This document shows, piece after piece, positions 11,047 to 19,801 of a stretch of DNA of 64,000 nucleotides. The notes beneath the pieces were generated by a model. That model made no database searches and had not been told where the DNA came from. It was given only the letters and a program-made list of their open reading frames with translations. A program made the translations under genes and the position numbers. Origin of the DNA: an uncultured Gemmatimonadales bacterium (GTDB lineage: Bacteria; Gemmatimonadota; Gemmatimonadetes; Palauibacterales; Palauibacteraceae); assembly GCA_963783385.1 (NCBI GenBank), contig CAWANJ010000009.1, positions 800,001 through 864,000 of the forward strand, written 5' to 3'. Numbering within the stretch: position 1 is the stretch's first letter; each line of letters opens with the position of its first letter.

Positions 11047-11463
11047 TCAGCGAATGAGCAGCACGGGGGTCTGGGCCAGGATCGCGACTTTGTGGCTGAG
11101 GGTGCCCAGGTTGCGGGTGGGTTCGTCCAGGTCCTGGCGGTGGGAGCTGAGCACGATGAGGTCAATGTCCTGCTCGGCCGCGTACTCCACGATCCCCCGG
11201 GCCCGCTCCCCGTACACCACCTGCTGGCGGTGCTCAAGTCCCGCTTCCTGCAGCGGCCGGCTCATGGCCTCCATCGCCGTTGCGGCCCGCGCCTCGAGCT
11301 CCCCGTAGAAGTCCTCGAGCTCCTCGAACGGCAGATCGAGGGGCTCGATCACGTGGATGAGCGTCACCAGGGCCCCACCCCACTCGGCCAGCTCGCGCGC
11401 CCATTCCACGGCGCGACGGTTCTTGTCGGTCAGGTCCACCGGAACCAGGATGCGCTGGAACAT
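11047..11463 (-). CDS. Universal stress protein
   Basis: MFQRILVPVD, IDLIVLSSH, LGTLSHKV..LAQTPVLLIR. Confidence 0.9.
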   Translation of the reverse strand: MFQRILVPVDLTDKNRRAVEWARELAEWGGALVTLIHVIEPLDLPFEELEDFYGELEARAATAMEAMSRPLQEAGLEHRQQVVYGERARGIVEYAAEQDIDLIVLSSHRQDLDEPTRNLGTLSHKVAILAQTPVLLIR

Positions 11464-11466
11464 CGG

Positions 11467-11703
11467 TCAGCGGACCTGGCCGCTCGGCGACGTTCGGTCC
11501 CCTCCGGACGTGTCGACGCCCAGCAGAGCGTAGGCGGGGCAGAAGCGCAGGACCCCCGTCAGGAGCAGGACGCCTCCTACGATCCAGGCGGCGACGGCCC
11601 ATCCCGACCTCGCCACTCCGAACAGCGCCGCGGCCACGAACACGAGCCCGATCACGACGCGGAAGGTGGCGTCTCCGCGGCCCACGTTGCTGCTGGTCGA
11701 CAT
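11467..11703 (-). CDS. DUF2892 (YgaP-like) membrane protein
   Basis: NVG..D...R, two TM segments, FCPAYALLG. Confidence 0.85.
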   Translation of the reverse strand: MSTSSNVGRGDATFRVVIGLVFVAAALFGVARSGWAVAAWIVGGVLLLTGVLRFCPAYALLGVDTSGGDRTSPSGQVR

Positions 11704-11827
11704 GTCGGCCTCCTCTGAGGATACGGGGCCAATGTCGAGCCGGGCCGGCATCGGCGCTGTCGGGAGGTTCCACTGCCGTCCGGTGGGAGGCTCGCGGAGG
11801 CCGGTGTAGGGAATCTCCCGCGCCACG

Positions 11828-12655
11828 TCACGTCTCGGAGCGGCCGGTGAGGTACAGGCGCAGCTTGCCGAGCGCCGTGTCCGACGTGAGCTCGACCACC
11901 GTACGCGCCGCATCGTCGGTCACGTACACGCGCGCCTTGCGCCCGGGCCCGAACAGGCCCGTCCCGGGGATGACGACCGACAGGGCGACGACCGGGAAGG
12001 TCCCGGCCGGCGTGCGCAGGCTCTTCCGTCCGAGGACGCGTATGTGGACGGGATTGTCCGTGGCCTGGAAGAACCGCGGGATCCGGTAGTCGCCACCCGG
12101 CGCGAGCCGGAGGGTGCGGGGAAGGAAGAGGACGCCGAGCTCGTCCAGCGGGTCCGCCGGCATGACGCCGCTCGGACGCTCCTCGGGAGCCTCGCTGGGG
12201 GGCGAGCCGGGCAGCGGCGTGATCCGGTAGTGCCCGTCCGCGCCGTGCAGCTCGATGCGCAGGGCCTCGGTGTCCGGGCCTTCGTGCAGCCGTCGGTCGG
12301 AGCGGATCGTGTGCAGGGGGCCGGGAGCGATCCAGCTCACCAGGCTGTCGTCCAGGGTCAGGAACAGCGCTCCGCCGGTGACCTTGAGGGCGACCCGGTA
12401 GGCCTCGACGTTCTCGATCGGCTCGGTGTCCTCGACCGTCAGCACGGCGTGGCCCGCGTGGATGGGGCCCAGGGAGAGGCCGTACTCGAGCCGCTCGCCG
12501 GTGCGGAGGAGCGAGCCGTTCGCGAGGTCCCGCGCCGGCGCCGCCTTCGAAGGCCCGGCGGCCACGCCCCGGTGTCGCGGTGCGGCGGAGACGAGAGTCA
12601 GGGCTCCTGCGAGAACGATCGCGGTCCGCCGGTACGACCCGGGCCAGTCCCCCAT
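11828..12655 (-). CDS. DUF3108 domain protein
   Basis: GERLEY, TPAGTF and YVTDD..R..V motifs; signal-like N-terminus; start uncertain. Confidence 0.75.
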   Translation of the reverse strand: MGDWPGSYRRTAIVLAGALTLVSAAPRHRGVAAGPSKAAPARDLANGSLLRTGERLEYGLSLGPIHAGHAVLTVEDTEPIENVEAYRVALKVTGGALFLTLDDSLVSWIAPGPLHTIRSDRRLHEGPDTEALRIELHGADGHYRITPLPGSPPSEAPEERPSGVMPADPLDELGVLFLPRTLRLAPGGDYRIPRFFQATDNPVHIRVLGRKSLRTPAGTFPVVALSVVIPGTGLFGPGRKARVYVTDDAARTVVELTSDTALGKLRLYLTGRSET

Positions 12656-12840
12656 TCGGCACGCCTCCTCGACAACGGGTCCGTGCGCCGCACCCACGGT
12701 GGCACACACTTCGCTGCCATACACCCCCGGGGTGCGGATGGCTCCCGCAGGTCCCGAACGGCCCCGAGGATCCCGCCAACGCGGGGCGCTCGTGTCGCCC
12801 GGCGTGGGCCCCCGGGATGCCCCAGGAAGGAGGGACACGC

Positions 12841-13224
12841 ATGAACGTCCTCGTCGTGTTGGAGCCGGATCCGGACGCCGGCGCCGCAGACGATGCGCTG
12901 GCGCCGCTCGACTGGGTCCTCCAGCGAGCCCGGCGGGCCTCGGACCGGATCACCGTCCTGCTGGTCGGCCTGACCACGGGAGCGCCGGCCGAGGCCCTCG
13001 AGGAGCGCGCCACTGGCCGGCTGGGCTCCTGGCAGGGCATCGGGCACGTGCGACGCCTGCCCGGGGAGCCGCGCCGCGAGATCCTGCGCGTGCTCGGCCA
13101 CGAGCCCTGGGACGAGCTCGTCGTCTCCGGAGGGACGCGCACCCCGGCGGGCAAGCTCCGGCCGGGCGGTCTGGCCGAGTACCTCCTGCTCAACGCCCCC
13201 GTGACCCTGACCCTCGTCCGGTGA
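12841..13224 (+). CDS. Universal stress protein-like
   Basis: RBS GGAGGG before ATG 12841; GGTRTPAGKLRPGGLAEYLLLNAPVTLTLVR is a USP-type C-terminus. Confidence 0.75.
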   Translation: MNVLVVLEPDPDAGAADDALAPLDWVLQRARRASDRITVLLVGLTTGAPAEALEERATGRLGSWQGIGHVRRLPGEPRREILRVLGHEPWDELVVSGGTRTPAGKLRPGGLAEYLLLNAPVTLTLVR

Positions 13225-13727
13225 GTGCGGTGAGCTCGGCGCCCGAGATCCTCCCGCTCCCCCCGTTCGGGCTCCGGGACGCGCTCGGGCGGCCCGTCCT
13301 CATGCGGCCCGCCGGGGAGGACGTGGACGCGCTGGTGGCCTTCTACGAGCGCTTCGATCCGGCCGATCGCGCCCAGGGGCTGCCCCCCACCGGGTCCGCA
13401 CGGATCCGGCCGTGGCTCGAGGTGCTCGCCGAGGGGCCCGGCGTCGTTGCGTGGCACGAGGACGACGCCGTCGGTCACGCGGCCCTCGTCCCCGACGGTG
13501 CGGGAGCGCACGAGCTCGTGGTGTTCGTGCTGCAGGGCTTCCGGGGCACGGGCATCGGCACCTCTCTCGTGCGAGCCCTCCTCGGGTTGGGGCGGGCGCG
13601 CGGCGTGATCCGCGTATGGCTCACGGTCCAGCGCTGGAACCACGCCGCCATCGCGGTCTACCGCAAGACGGGCTTCGAACGAGAGGGCGAGGAGGGGCTC
13701 GAGATCATCATGTCGCGCTCCCTCTGA
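13221..13727 (+). CDS. GNAT family N-acetyltransferase
   Basis: GTG overlapping the USP stop; FVLQGFRGTGIG acetyl-CoA motif; NHAAIAVYRKTGF. Confidence 0.85.
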   Translation: MSAVSSAPEILPLPPFGLRDALGRPVLMRPAGEDVDALVAFYERFDPADRAQGLPPTGSARIRPWLEVLAEGPGVVAWHEDDAVGHAALVPDGAGAHELVVFVLQGFRGTGIGTSLVRALLGLGRARGVIRVWLTVQRWNHAAIAVYRKTGFEREGEEGLEIIMSRSL

Positions 13728-13812
13728 CGTCCGGCGACGAGGACGGATCCCCGTGAACCGCCCGGTGCCGCGCACGCTCACCCTTCCCTATCGTCACACG
13801 CAGCCGGGCTAA

Positions 13813-14037
13813 GTGTCGGCGGTCGGCTTCCTGCTCGGATTCCTCGGCATCGGCACGATCGAGCTCCGGACCAGCCGGGACGCCTGCATCGTCCGCAATC
13901 CGTGCTACTACGGCTGGGGCATCCACCTGAGCCTCGACGGGTGGATCTACAACGTCTCGGGCAGGTGGGCCGTGCGACTTGAGACGGACTCCGCTTGCGC
14001 CGCGTCTTGCACTCGAAGGTGGGAACCCCCAGCTTGA
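13813..14037 (+). pseudogene. Probable remnant of a conserved hypothetical membrane-associated protein
   Basis: RNPCYYGWGIH....WIYNVSG..AV resembles a recurrent conserved motif; no proper start and a drifting C-terminus. Confidence 0.4.
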
Positions 14038-14123
14038 GCCGGTCAGGTCTCGGAATCGGGACGACGGCGACCCCGTCGGTCCCGCAGCGGAGCGACACTT
14101 CCCGACAGGGGTGAATCGGGCGC

Positions 14124-15197
14124 ATGGCGAGCTCGCCCCAACGCGTAGCGCTGGAGATCAATCCCGCCTCGCGCTTCGACGTCATCGACGTCGCGGCGCT
14201 CGTGCGAGCGCGGGACGAGGACTTCTTCCGGGCCTTTCCCCTCAGCCTGTGGTGCTCGATGCACACCACCGCGGGCTACCTGGAGCAGCGGCTGTGTGCG
14301 CGCCTCGGCAACAGCGAGCGTCGCGTGGGCAGGCTCGTGGGGCTGTTCCGTCGCCTGTTCCCGCACGACGCGGGCTATCACCACGACCAGCTCGAGCTCC
14401 GAGACGAGCTGACCGAGGCCGAGCGCGCGCAGGAGCCGGTCAACGCGGACTCGCACCTCACCTTCATGAGTGCGGGCCTCACCAACTGCGTGACCTACCG
14501 CCACGAGCCCGCCTCGCCGATCTACTTCATCGACCTGGACGGCGTGAACGAGCACTTCCGCCGGGTGCGCCGCACGACGGTGGTGGGCTACCGCGAGGAG
14601 ACGGAGGTGTACCGGGGCACCGTCGCCATCCCGGCCACCGCCGAGCACCCGGTCGACTCCTTCAACCTCAAGGCGCCGGGCTTCGGTCTGTATCAGCACA
14701 TCGAGGAAGTGCTGGCCGAGCGCGGCGTGCGGACGGGTCGGGTCGACCTCCGGCTGGCGCCCTCGGAGCAGCACGCCGGCCTCACGGTGAACGAGGCGGA
14801 GACGCTGCTCATGCGCAACGACCTCCCGGAAGCTCTGCGCGACCCGCTGCGCTACGTGCTGCGGCACGGCCGCCGTCTGCTGCGGCACCCCGCCACGATT
14901 CCGGGCAAGACACGCGAGTACGCCGTGTACGATCTCGTCCATCTCTACAACGAGGTCATGGACGTGCTCGGCGTGGGCCGCGCCGTGGCCGACCGGATCC
15001 TGTCGCGCCTCGCCGCTCCCGCGTGGAGGCTGTTCCGGCTCAAGCGGCAGGTGAGCTTTCCTGTGATCGACGGCGCCGGCGGGGACGCGCCCGGCCGGAT
15101 CATCCAGGGCCGCTACCAGAGCCCCATCCTCATCCAGCACCGCCCGGCGGAGGGCGGAGTCCGGCGCCTCGAGGTGGCCGTGTGGCGCTTCGAGTAG
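14124..15197 (+). CDS. Tandem YjbQ/UPF0047-like domain protein
   Basis: First half MHTTAG..NADSHL..IYFIDLDG; second half HAGLTVNE..DL..QGRYQS. Confidence 0.65.
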   Translation: MASSPQRVALEINPASRFDVIDVAALVRARDEDFFRAFPLSLWCSMHTTAGYLEQRLCARLGNSERRVGRLVGLFRRLFPHDAGYHHDQLELRDELTEAERAQEPVNADSHLTFMSAGLTNCVTYRHEPASPIYFIDLDGVNEHFRRVRRTTVVGYREETEVYRGTVAIPATAEHPVDSFNLKAPGFGLYQHIEEVLAERGVRTGRVDLRLAPSEQHAGLTVNEAETLLMRNDLPEALRDPLRYVLRHGRRLLRHPATIPGKTREYAVYDLVHLYNEVMDVLGVGRAVADRILSRLAAPAWRLFRLKRQVSFPVIDGAGGDAPGRIIQGRYQSPILIQHRPAEGGVRRLEVAVWRFE

Positions 15198-15386
15198 GCG
15201 CGACGTCCACGTCGCCGGAAAATCCCTGAGGAACCTCCTTCCCCCGTCCCGAGAGCGCACGCCGCCGTGCCGGCGGCCCTCCTCCCCGGCGGCCGCTTGA
15301 ACTCCGGACGTGCCTTCCGCAGACTGCCGGGCCAGGGTGCCCCGCGGCCCGCTCGGGGACACCGCGACCCGTGCAGACGGACCCCC

Positions 15387-16859
15387 ATGTCGGACGCCGA
15401 AGCGCTGATCGACCGTATCCGCCGGCTCGAGCGCGAAGCCCGGCCGCTCGAGCCCGGCGCCGCGGACCGGCGTGCCATCCGGGACGCGGTCGTGCAGCAC
15501 GCCGAGGCGTTCCTCGAGCGGCTGCCCGAGGCTCCGGCCTTCGAGGTGCGCGCGGACGCGGCGCGGGCGCTGGCGCGCCGCGTCCCGTCCGAGGGCCCCG
15601 CACCGCTCGACGAGCTCCTGGCGCTGTTCCGGTCGGCGGTGGAGGACACGGGCCTCAAGCCGTCTTCGCCCGGCCACCTCGCCTACATTCCGGGTGGCGG
15701 CCTGTACGCGTCCTCCCTGGGGGACTACCTGGCGGCGGTGACCGACGAGTACGCGGGCATCCGGTTCGCGGGCCCGGGGGCGGTCGAGATGGAGAACGTG
15801 CTCCTGCGCTGGATGGCCGGCCTGGTGGGCTACCCGGAGGACGCCGCCGGCAACCTGACCTCGGGGGGCAGCATCGCCAACCTGGTGGCCGTGGTGGCGG
15901 CGCGGGAGGCCCACGGGCTCCGGGCCGCCGATGTCCCCGGCGCGGTCGTGTATCTCACGGACCAGGCCCATCACTCCCTGGACAAGGCGCTGCGGATCGC
16001 CGGCCTGGGCGAGGCGCCGCGCCGTCGCATCGCCACGGACGAGCGGCAGCGCATGGACCCGGACGCGCTCCAGCACTCGATCGACCGGGATCGCGCCGCC
16101 GGTCTGAGGCCGTGGCTCGTGCTCGCCTCCGCCGGCACGACGGACGTGGGGGCGATCGATCCGCTGGAGGCGATCGGCCGGGTGGCCCGCTCCCGGGGGC
16201 TGTGGTATCACGTGGACGCGGCCTACGGCGGGTTTTTCGCGTTGTGCCCCGAGGTGCGGGGGCGGCTGCAGGGCATCGAGGCATCGGACTCGGTCGTGAT
16301 GGATCCCCACAAGGGGCTGTTCCTCCCCTACGGCCTCGGCGCCGTCCTGGTGAAGGACCGGGCCGCCCTGCACCGCGCGCACCGCTACAGCGCCGACTAC
16401 ATGCAGGATGCCGTGGATCCCGGAGCCGAGGTGCCCGACTCCCCCGCCGAGCTCTCGCCCGAGCTCACCAAGCACTTCCGGGGCCCCCGGCTGTGGCTGC
16501 CCCTCCTCCTGTACGGCGTGGGTCCGTTCCGGGCGTGCCTCGAGGAGAAGCTCCTGCTGGCGCGCTACTTCCACGAGCGCGTGCGAGACCTGGGGTTCGA
16601 GGTCGGCCCCGAGCCTCAGCTGAGCGTGGCCACCTTCCGCTGGGTCCCGGCCTCCGGGGACCCGGACGCCTTCAACCGGGCGCTGGTGCGCGCCATCCAC
16701 GAAGACGGCCGGGTGTTTCTTTCGTCTACACGTGTAGACGGTCGCTTCGTTCTGCGCCTGGCGGCGCTGACCTTCCGCACGCACCTGGACACGATCGACC
16801 TGTCGCTGCGGATCCTCGCGGAGAAGGTGGCGGAGCTCGAGGGGGAAGCCGGAGCCTGA
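15387..16859 (+). CDS. Group II PLP-dependent amino acid decarboxylase
   Basis: SGGSIAN, AHHSLDKA, AGTTDVGAIDP, HVDAAYGG, DPHK (PLP lysine). Confidence 0.9.
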   Translation: MSDAEALIDRIRRLEREARPLEPGAADRRAIRDAVVQHAEAFLERLPEAPAFEVRADAARALARRVPSEGPAPLDELLALFRSAVEDTGLKPSSPGHLAYIPGGGLYASSLGDYLAAVTDEYAGIRFAGPGAVEMENVLLRWMAGLVGYPEDAAGNLTSGGSIANLVAVVAAREAHGLRAADVPGAVVYLTDQAHHSLDKALRIAGLGEAPRRRIATDERQRMDPDALQHSIDRDRAAGLRPWLVLASAGTTDVGAIDPLEAIGRVARSRGLWYHVDAAYGGFFALCPEVRGRLQGIEASDSVVMDPHKGLFLPYGLGAVLVKDRAALHRAHRYSADYMQDAVDPGAEVPDSPAELSPELTKHFRGPRLWLPLLLYGVGPFRACLEEKLLLARYFHERVRDLGFEVGPEPQLSVATFRWVPASGDPDAFNRALVRAIHEDGRVFLSSTRVDGRFVLRLAALTFRTHLDTIDLSLRILAEKVAELEGEAGA

Positions 16860-16883
16860 GCTCCGGCTTCGAGCCTCCGGCGA

Positions 16884-17780
16884 TCAGCGCCCCTCGAAGC
16901 GGGCGTCCCGCTTCTCGAAGAACGCCGCCAGCCCCTCGGAGAAGTTGGGCTCGTCCGCGATGCGCGCGAGCTCCTCGAGCTCGCGGTCCAGGTGGTAATC
17001 CAGCCGGTCCACGCCGTCGGCCTGGTGGATGAGCGCCTTGGCCACCGCGTAGGCGCGGGTGGGCCCGGCGGCGAGGCGTTCCGCCACCCCATCCACGCGC
17101 CCCTCGCACTCCGCGTCGGGGAACACATCCGTGAGGAGCCCCGCCTCGAGCGCCTGTCGGGCGCCGAGTCGGGGGTTCAGGAGGACCAGCTCGAGCGCCT
17201 TCCGGAGTCCGACCAGCCGCGGAAGGAAGAAGGTCGAGCTCTCGGCGCCCGTCAGGCCGGTCTTGGGATACGCCCACTCGAAGGTGGACCGCTCGGACGC
17301 GAACACCAGGTCGCACGACATCGCGAGCCCGAAGCCTCCGGCCGCGGCCACGCCGTCCACGGCGGCCACGAACGGCTTGGGAGCCCGCTTGATCTCCGAG
17401 ATGGTGCTGTGCAGGTACTCGAGGATCTCCTTGAAGCTCTCGCCGTAGCCGGACGCGGGGCCGTGTCCGTCGGGCTGCAGGTAGCCGAAGTCCCGCTCCT
17501 CCCCGCGCTGCCGCACGTACTTGAGGTCGGCGCCGCTGCAGAACACGCCGTTCGTGCCGCGGAGGACCACGCAGCGGACCTCCTCGTCCCGGGCCATCTG
17601 CAGCCCGGCCTTCCGGAGGTCGCGGGCGGTCTCCACGTCCAGCGAGTTGAAGCGCTCCGGCCGGTGGATCGTGATGACGCCCACCGCGCCCCGGCGTTCC
17701 ACCCGGATCGGCCCCTGGGGCTGCGCCTCGCCCGCCGGCCGCTCCTTCGCGGGCGCCGAACCGACCTCCCCCGGGCTCAC
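16884..17780 (-). CDS. Enoyl-CoA hydratase/isomerase (crotonase) family protein; candidate HypX C-terminal half
   Basis: FCSGADL, KPFVAAVDGVAAAGG, LPRLVG; GTG start overlaps the formyltransferase stop. Confidence 0.85.
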   Translation of the reverse strand: MSPGEVGSAPAKERPAGEAQPQGPIRVERRGAVGVITIHRPERFNSLDVETARDLRKAGLQMARDEEVRCVVLRGTNGVFCSGADLKYVRQRGEERDFGYLQPDGHGPASGYGESFKEILEYLHSTISEIKRAPKPFVAAVDGVAAAGGFGLAMSCDLVFASERSTFEWAYPKTGLTGAESSTFFLPRLVGLRKALELVLLNPRLGARQALEAGLLTDVFPDAECEGRVDGVAERLAAGPTRAYAVAKALIHQADGVDRLDYHLDRELEELARIADEPNFSEGLAAFFEKRDARFEGR

Positions 17781-18688
17781 CGGACCGCGACCCCGGTTGC
17801 GCTCCCCAGGATGGACGCGATCCACGCCTCCGTGACCACCGGAGCCCGGCCCGCGGCGTCGGTGTCGGCGAGCGACGCCGGGCCGGGGCGACCGTCCACG
17901 ACGAAACCATCGTCGGCGAGCTCGACCGCGCCGCGCGCGAACAGCTCGGCGGCGCGCACCATCATGGGACCCCAGGCCGTCTCCATCATCCAGCCCCTGT
18001 GCGCGTACGCATACGCCCGAACCACGTCCTCGGCGCCCCGGTGCGCCACTTCGGCCACCAGCGAGTGCACCGGATAGGGGCCGCTCACCAGGAGCGGGGG
18101 CCCGGCATCCAGCTCCTCCGTCGCCAGGTGGAGCGTGGTGCGGGTCTCGGGCTCCCCGGCCAGGATGGCGTCCCTGGTGGCGTGGAGGCCGTGGTAGCGC
18201 GGTCGCCCCGCCGCGTCGCGTAGTCGGAGGTCGGCGTCGTGCACGTTGAGGATCCTCCCCGCGAACGCCTCGAGGAGCACCGGGCTCGCCACGAGGAGGT
18301 AGCCGCACAGGAGGACCAGGTCGGGCCGGAAGGGCTCCAGGATCGCCAGGGTCGCCCGGTCGTACGCCGGCCGCGCCGACCGGTCACCCACCGACGTGCC
18401 GCGCCCCGCGCAGAACTCCGCCACGTCGTGGACGCTCACCGGCACTCCGGCGCCCACCGCGATCTCGAGTCCGCGGCAGCCCCGGTGGCTGGCCACCACC
18501 GTCACCACCTCGAAGCCGGTGTCAAGCTCCATCGACGCGCGCAGGAGGTCCCCCAGCCCCGGGGTCCGATGCGAAGTGAGGACCGCCACCCGCAGGCGCC
18601 GCGGACGAGGCTCGCCCCACGTTCGCCCGCCACCCGACTGCACCCGACGCCGCACCGCCGCCCGCAGCGTCCCCATCGCGAAGCTCAT
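17777..18688 (-). CDS. N10-formyl-THF-dependent formyltransferase (PurN-like); candidate HypX N-terminal half
   Basis: RBS AGGAGG; PDLVLLCGY, NVHDADL, GLHATRDAILAG, ELDAGP. Confidence 0.85.
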   Translation of the reverse strand: MSFAMGTLRAAVRRRVQSGGGRTWGEPRPRRLRVAVLTSHRTPGLGDLLRASMELDTGFEVVTVVASHRGCRGLEIAVGAGVPVSVHDVAEFCAGRGTSVGDRSARPAYDRATLAILEPFRPDLVLLCGYLLVASPVLLEAFAGRILNVHDADLRLRDAAGRPRYHGLHATRDAILAGEPETRTTLHLATEELDAGPPLLVSGPYPVHSLVAEVAHRGAEDVVRAYAYAHRGWMMETAWGPMMVRAAELFARGAVELADDGFVVDGRPGPASLADTDAAGRAPVVTEAWIASILGSATGVAVR

Positions 18689-18705
18689 CTATGCCTCCTG
18701 TCCGA

Positions 18706-19797
18706 TCAGCAGATCCGTGGAAGTGGCTCACCGACCGGCTCCGTGAGGAGCCGGCGTCCGAGGCCCGTGTCGAGGACCACCCGCCCGGGGTGGTCGGCGG
18801 CACAGATACCGATCACGGCGGCGTCGCGGCCCAGGGGATGGGCGCGCAGGGCCGCCAGCACGTCCTCCACCCGCTCGGGCCGGACGCCCATGAGCGCCTT
18901 GCCCTCGTTGGCGATGTGGAAGGGGTCCAGGCCCAGCATCTCCGCGGCCGCTCGCACCGAGTGGCGGACGGGCACCACCGGCTCATCGATCACGATGCTG
19001 ACGCGACTCTTGTCCGCCATCTCGTGGAGCGCGCTCGCCACCCCGCCCCGGGTCGGGTCCTTGAGGGCCACCACCTCGGCCCCGCCGGCCTGGAGCGCCG
19101 CGCGCACCAGCCCGTTGATCGGAGCGACGTCGGAGAGGAGCTCCTCGTCGAACTCCAGCTCGTGGCGCCGCGCCATGAGCGAGATCCCGTGGTCCCCCAC
19201 GGTGCCGGTGACCACGATGCGGTCCCCGGGCTGCAGGCCCGCATCGATCACCACCCTCGACGTGATCGCGACCCCCGCGGTGTTGAGGACGAGACCATCC
19301 ACCTCGCCCCGGGGCATGACCTTGGTGTCGCCGGTGATCACGGTCGTGCCCGCCTCGCGGCAGGTCTCGAGCATGGAGAGCTGGATCGCCTCGAGCTCCG
19401 TTCGGCGGAATCCCTCCTCGACGACCACGGCGCAGGTGAGGCCCAGGGGCTCCGTGGCCCCCATCATGGCCAGGTCGTTGACCGTGCCGGCCACGGCCAG
19501 GCGACCGATGTCGCCCCCGGGGAAGCGGATGGGGTGGACCACGTGGGAGTCGGTGGTCACCACCAGCCAGCGCCCGTCCGGCAGGGGAAGCGCCGCCCCG
19601 TCGTCCATCTGGGCGAGCCCGATGCCCTCCATGGGCGTCTCGGCGTAGCCCGCCGCCAGCGTCTCCTCGATGAGGAGGCGCATGGGCACGCCGCCCGCGC
19701 CGTGCTTGAGGGTCACGAGCTCGTCGGGCCGGGCCGACCTCCGGGACGTCGGCCGGGGGATCGTGGTGCCGCTCGCCTGCTGCTCCATGGGAGTCAC
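18706..19797 (-). CDS. hypE: Hydrogenase maturation carbamoyl dehydratase HypE
   Basis: HGAGG, TTDSHVV, FPGGDIG, GDTKV, DPTRGG, ANEG, C-terminal PRIC. Confidence 0.96.
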   Translation of the reverse strand: MTPMEQQASGTTIPRPTSRRSARPDELVTLKHGAGGVPMRLLIEETLAAGYAETPMEGIGLAQMDDGAALPLPDGRWLVVTTDSHVVHPIRFPGGDIGRLAVAGTVNDLAMMGATEPLGLTCAVVVEEGFRRTELEAIQLSMLETCREAGTTVITGDTKVMPRGEVDGLVLNTAGVAITSRVVIDAGLQPGDRIVVTGTVGDHGISLMARRHELEFDEELLSDVAPINGLVRAALQAGGAEVVALKDPTRGGVASALHEMADKSRVSIVIDEPVVPVRHSVRAAAEMLGLDPFHIANEGKALMGVRPERVEDVLAALRAHPLGRDAAVIGICAADHPGRVVLDTGLGRRLLTEPVGEPLPRIC

Positions 19798-19801
19798 CGT
19801 C

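Noticed and set aside
17777-18688. Annotation as purN
   Set aside because: No pur context, no N-terminal SGxGSN phosphate-binding loop, and it is embedded in the hyp operon
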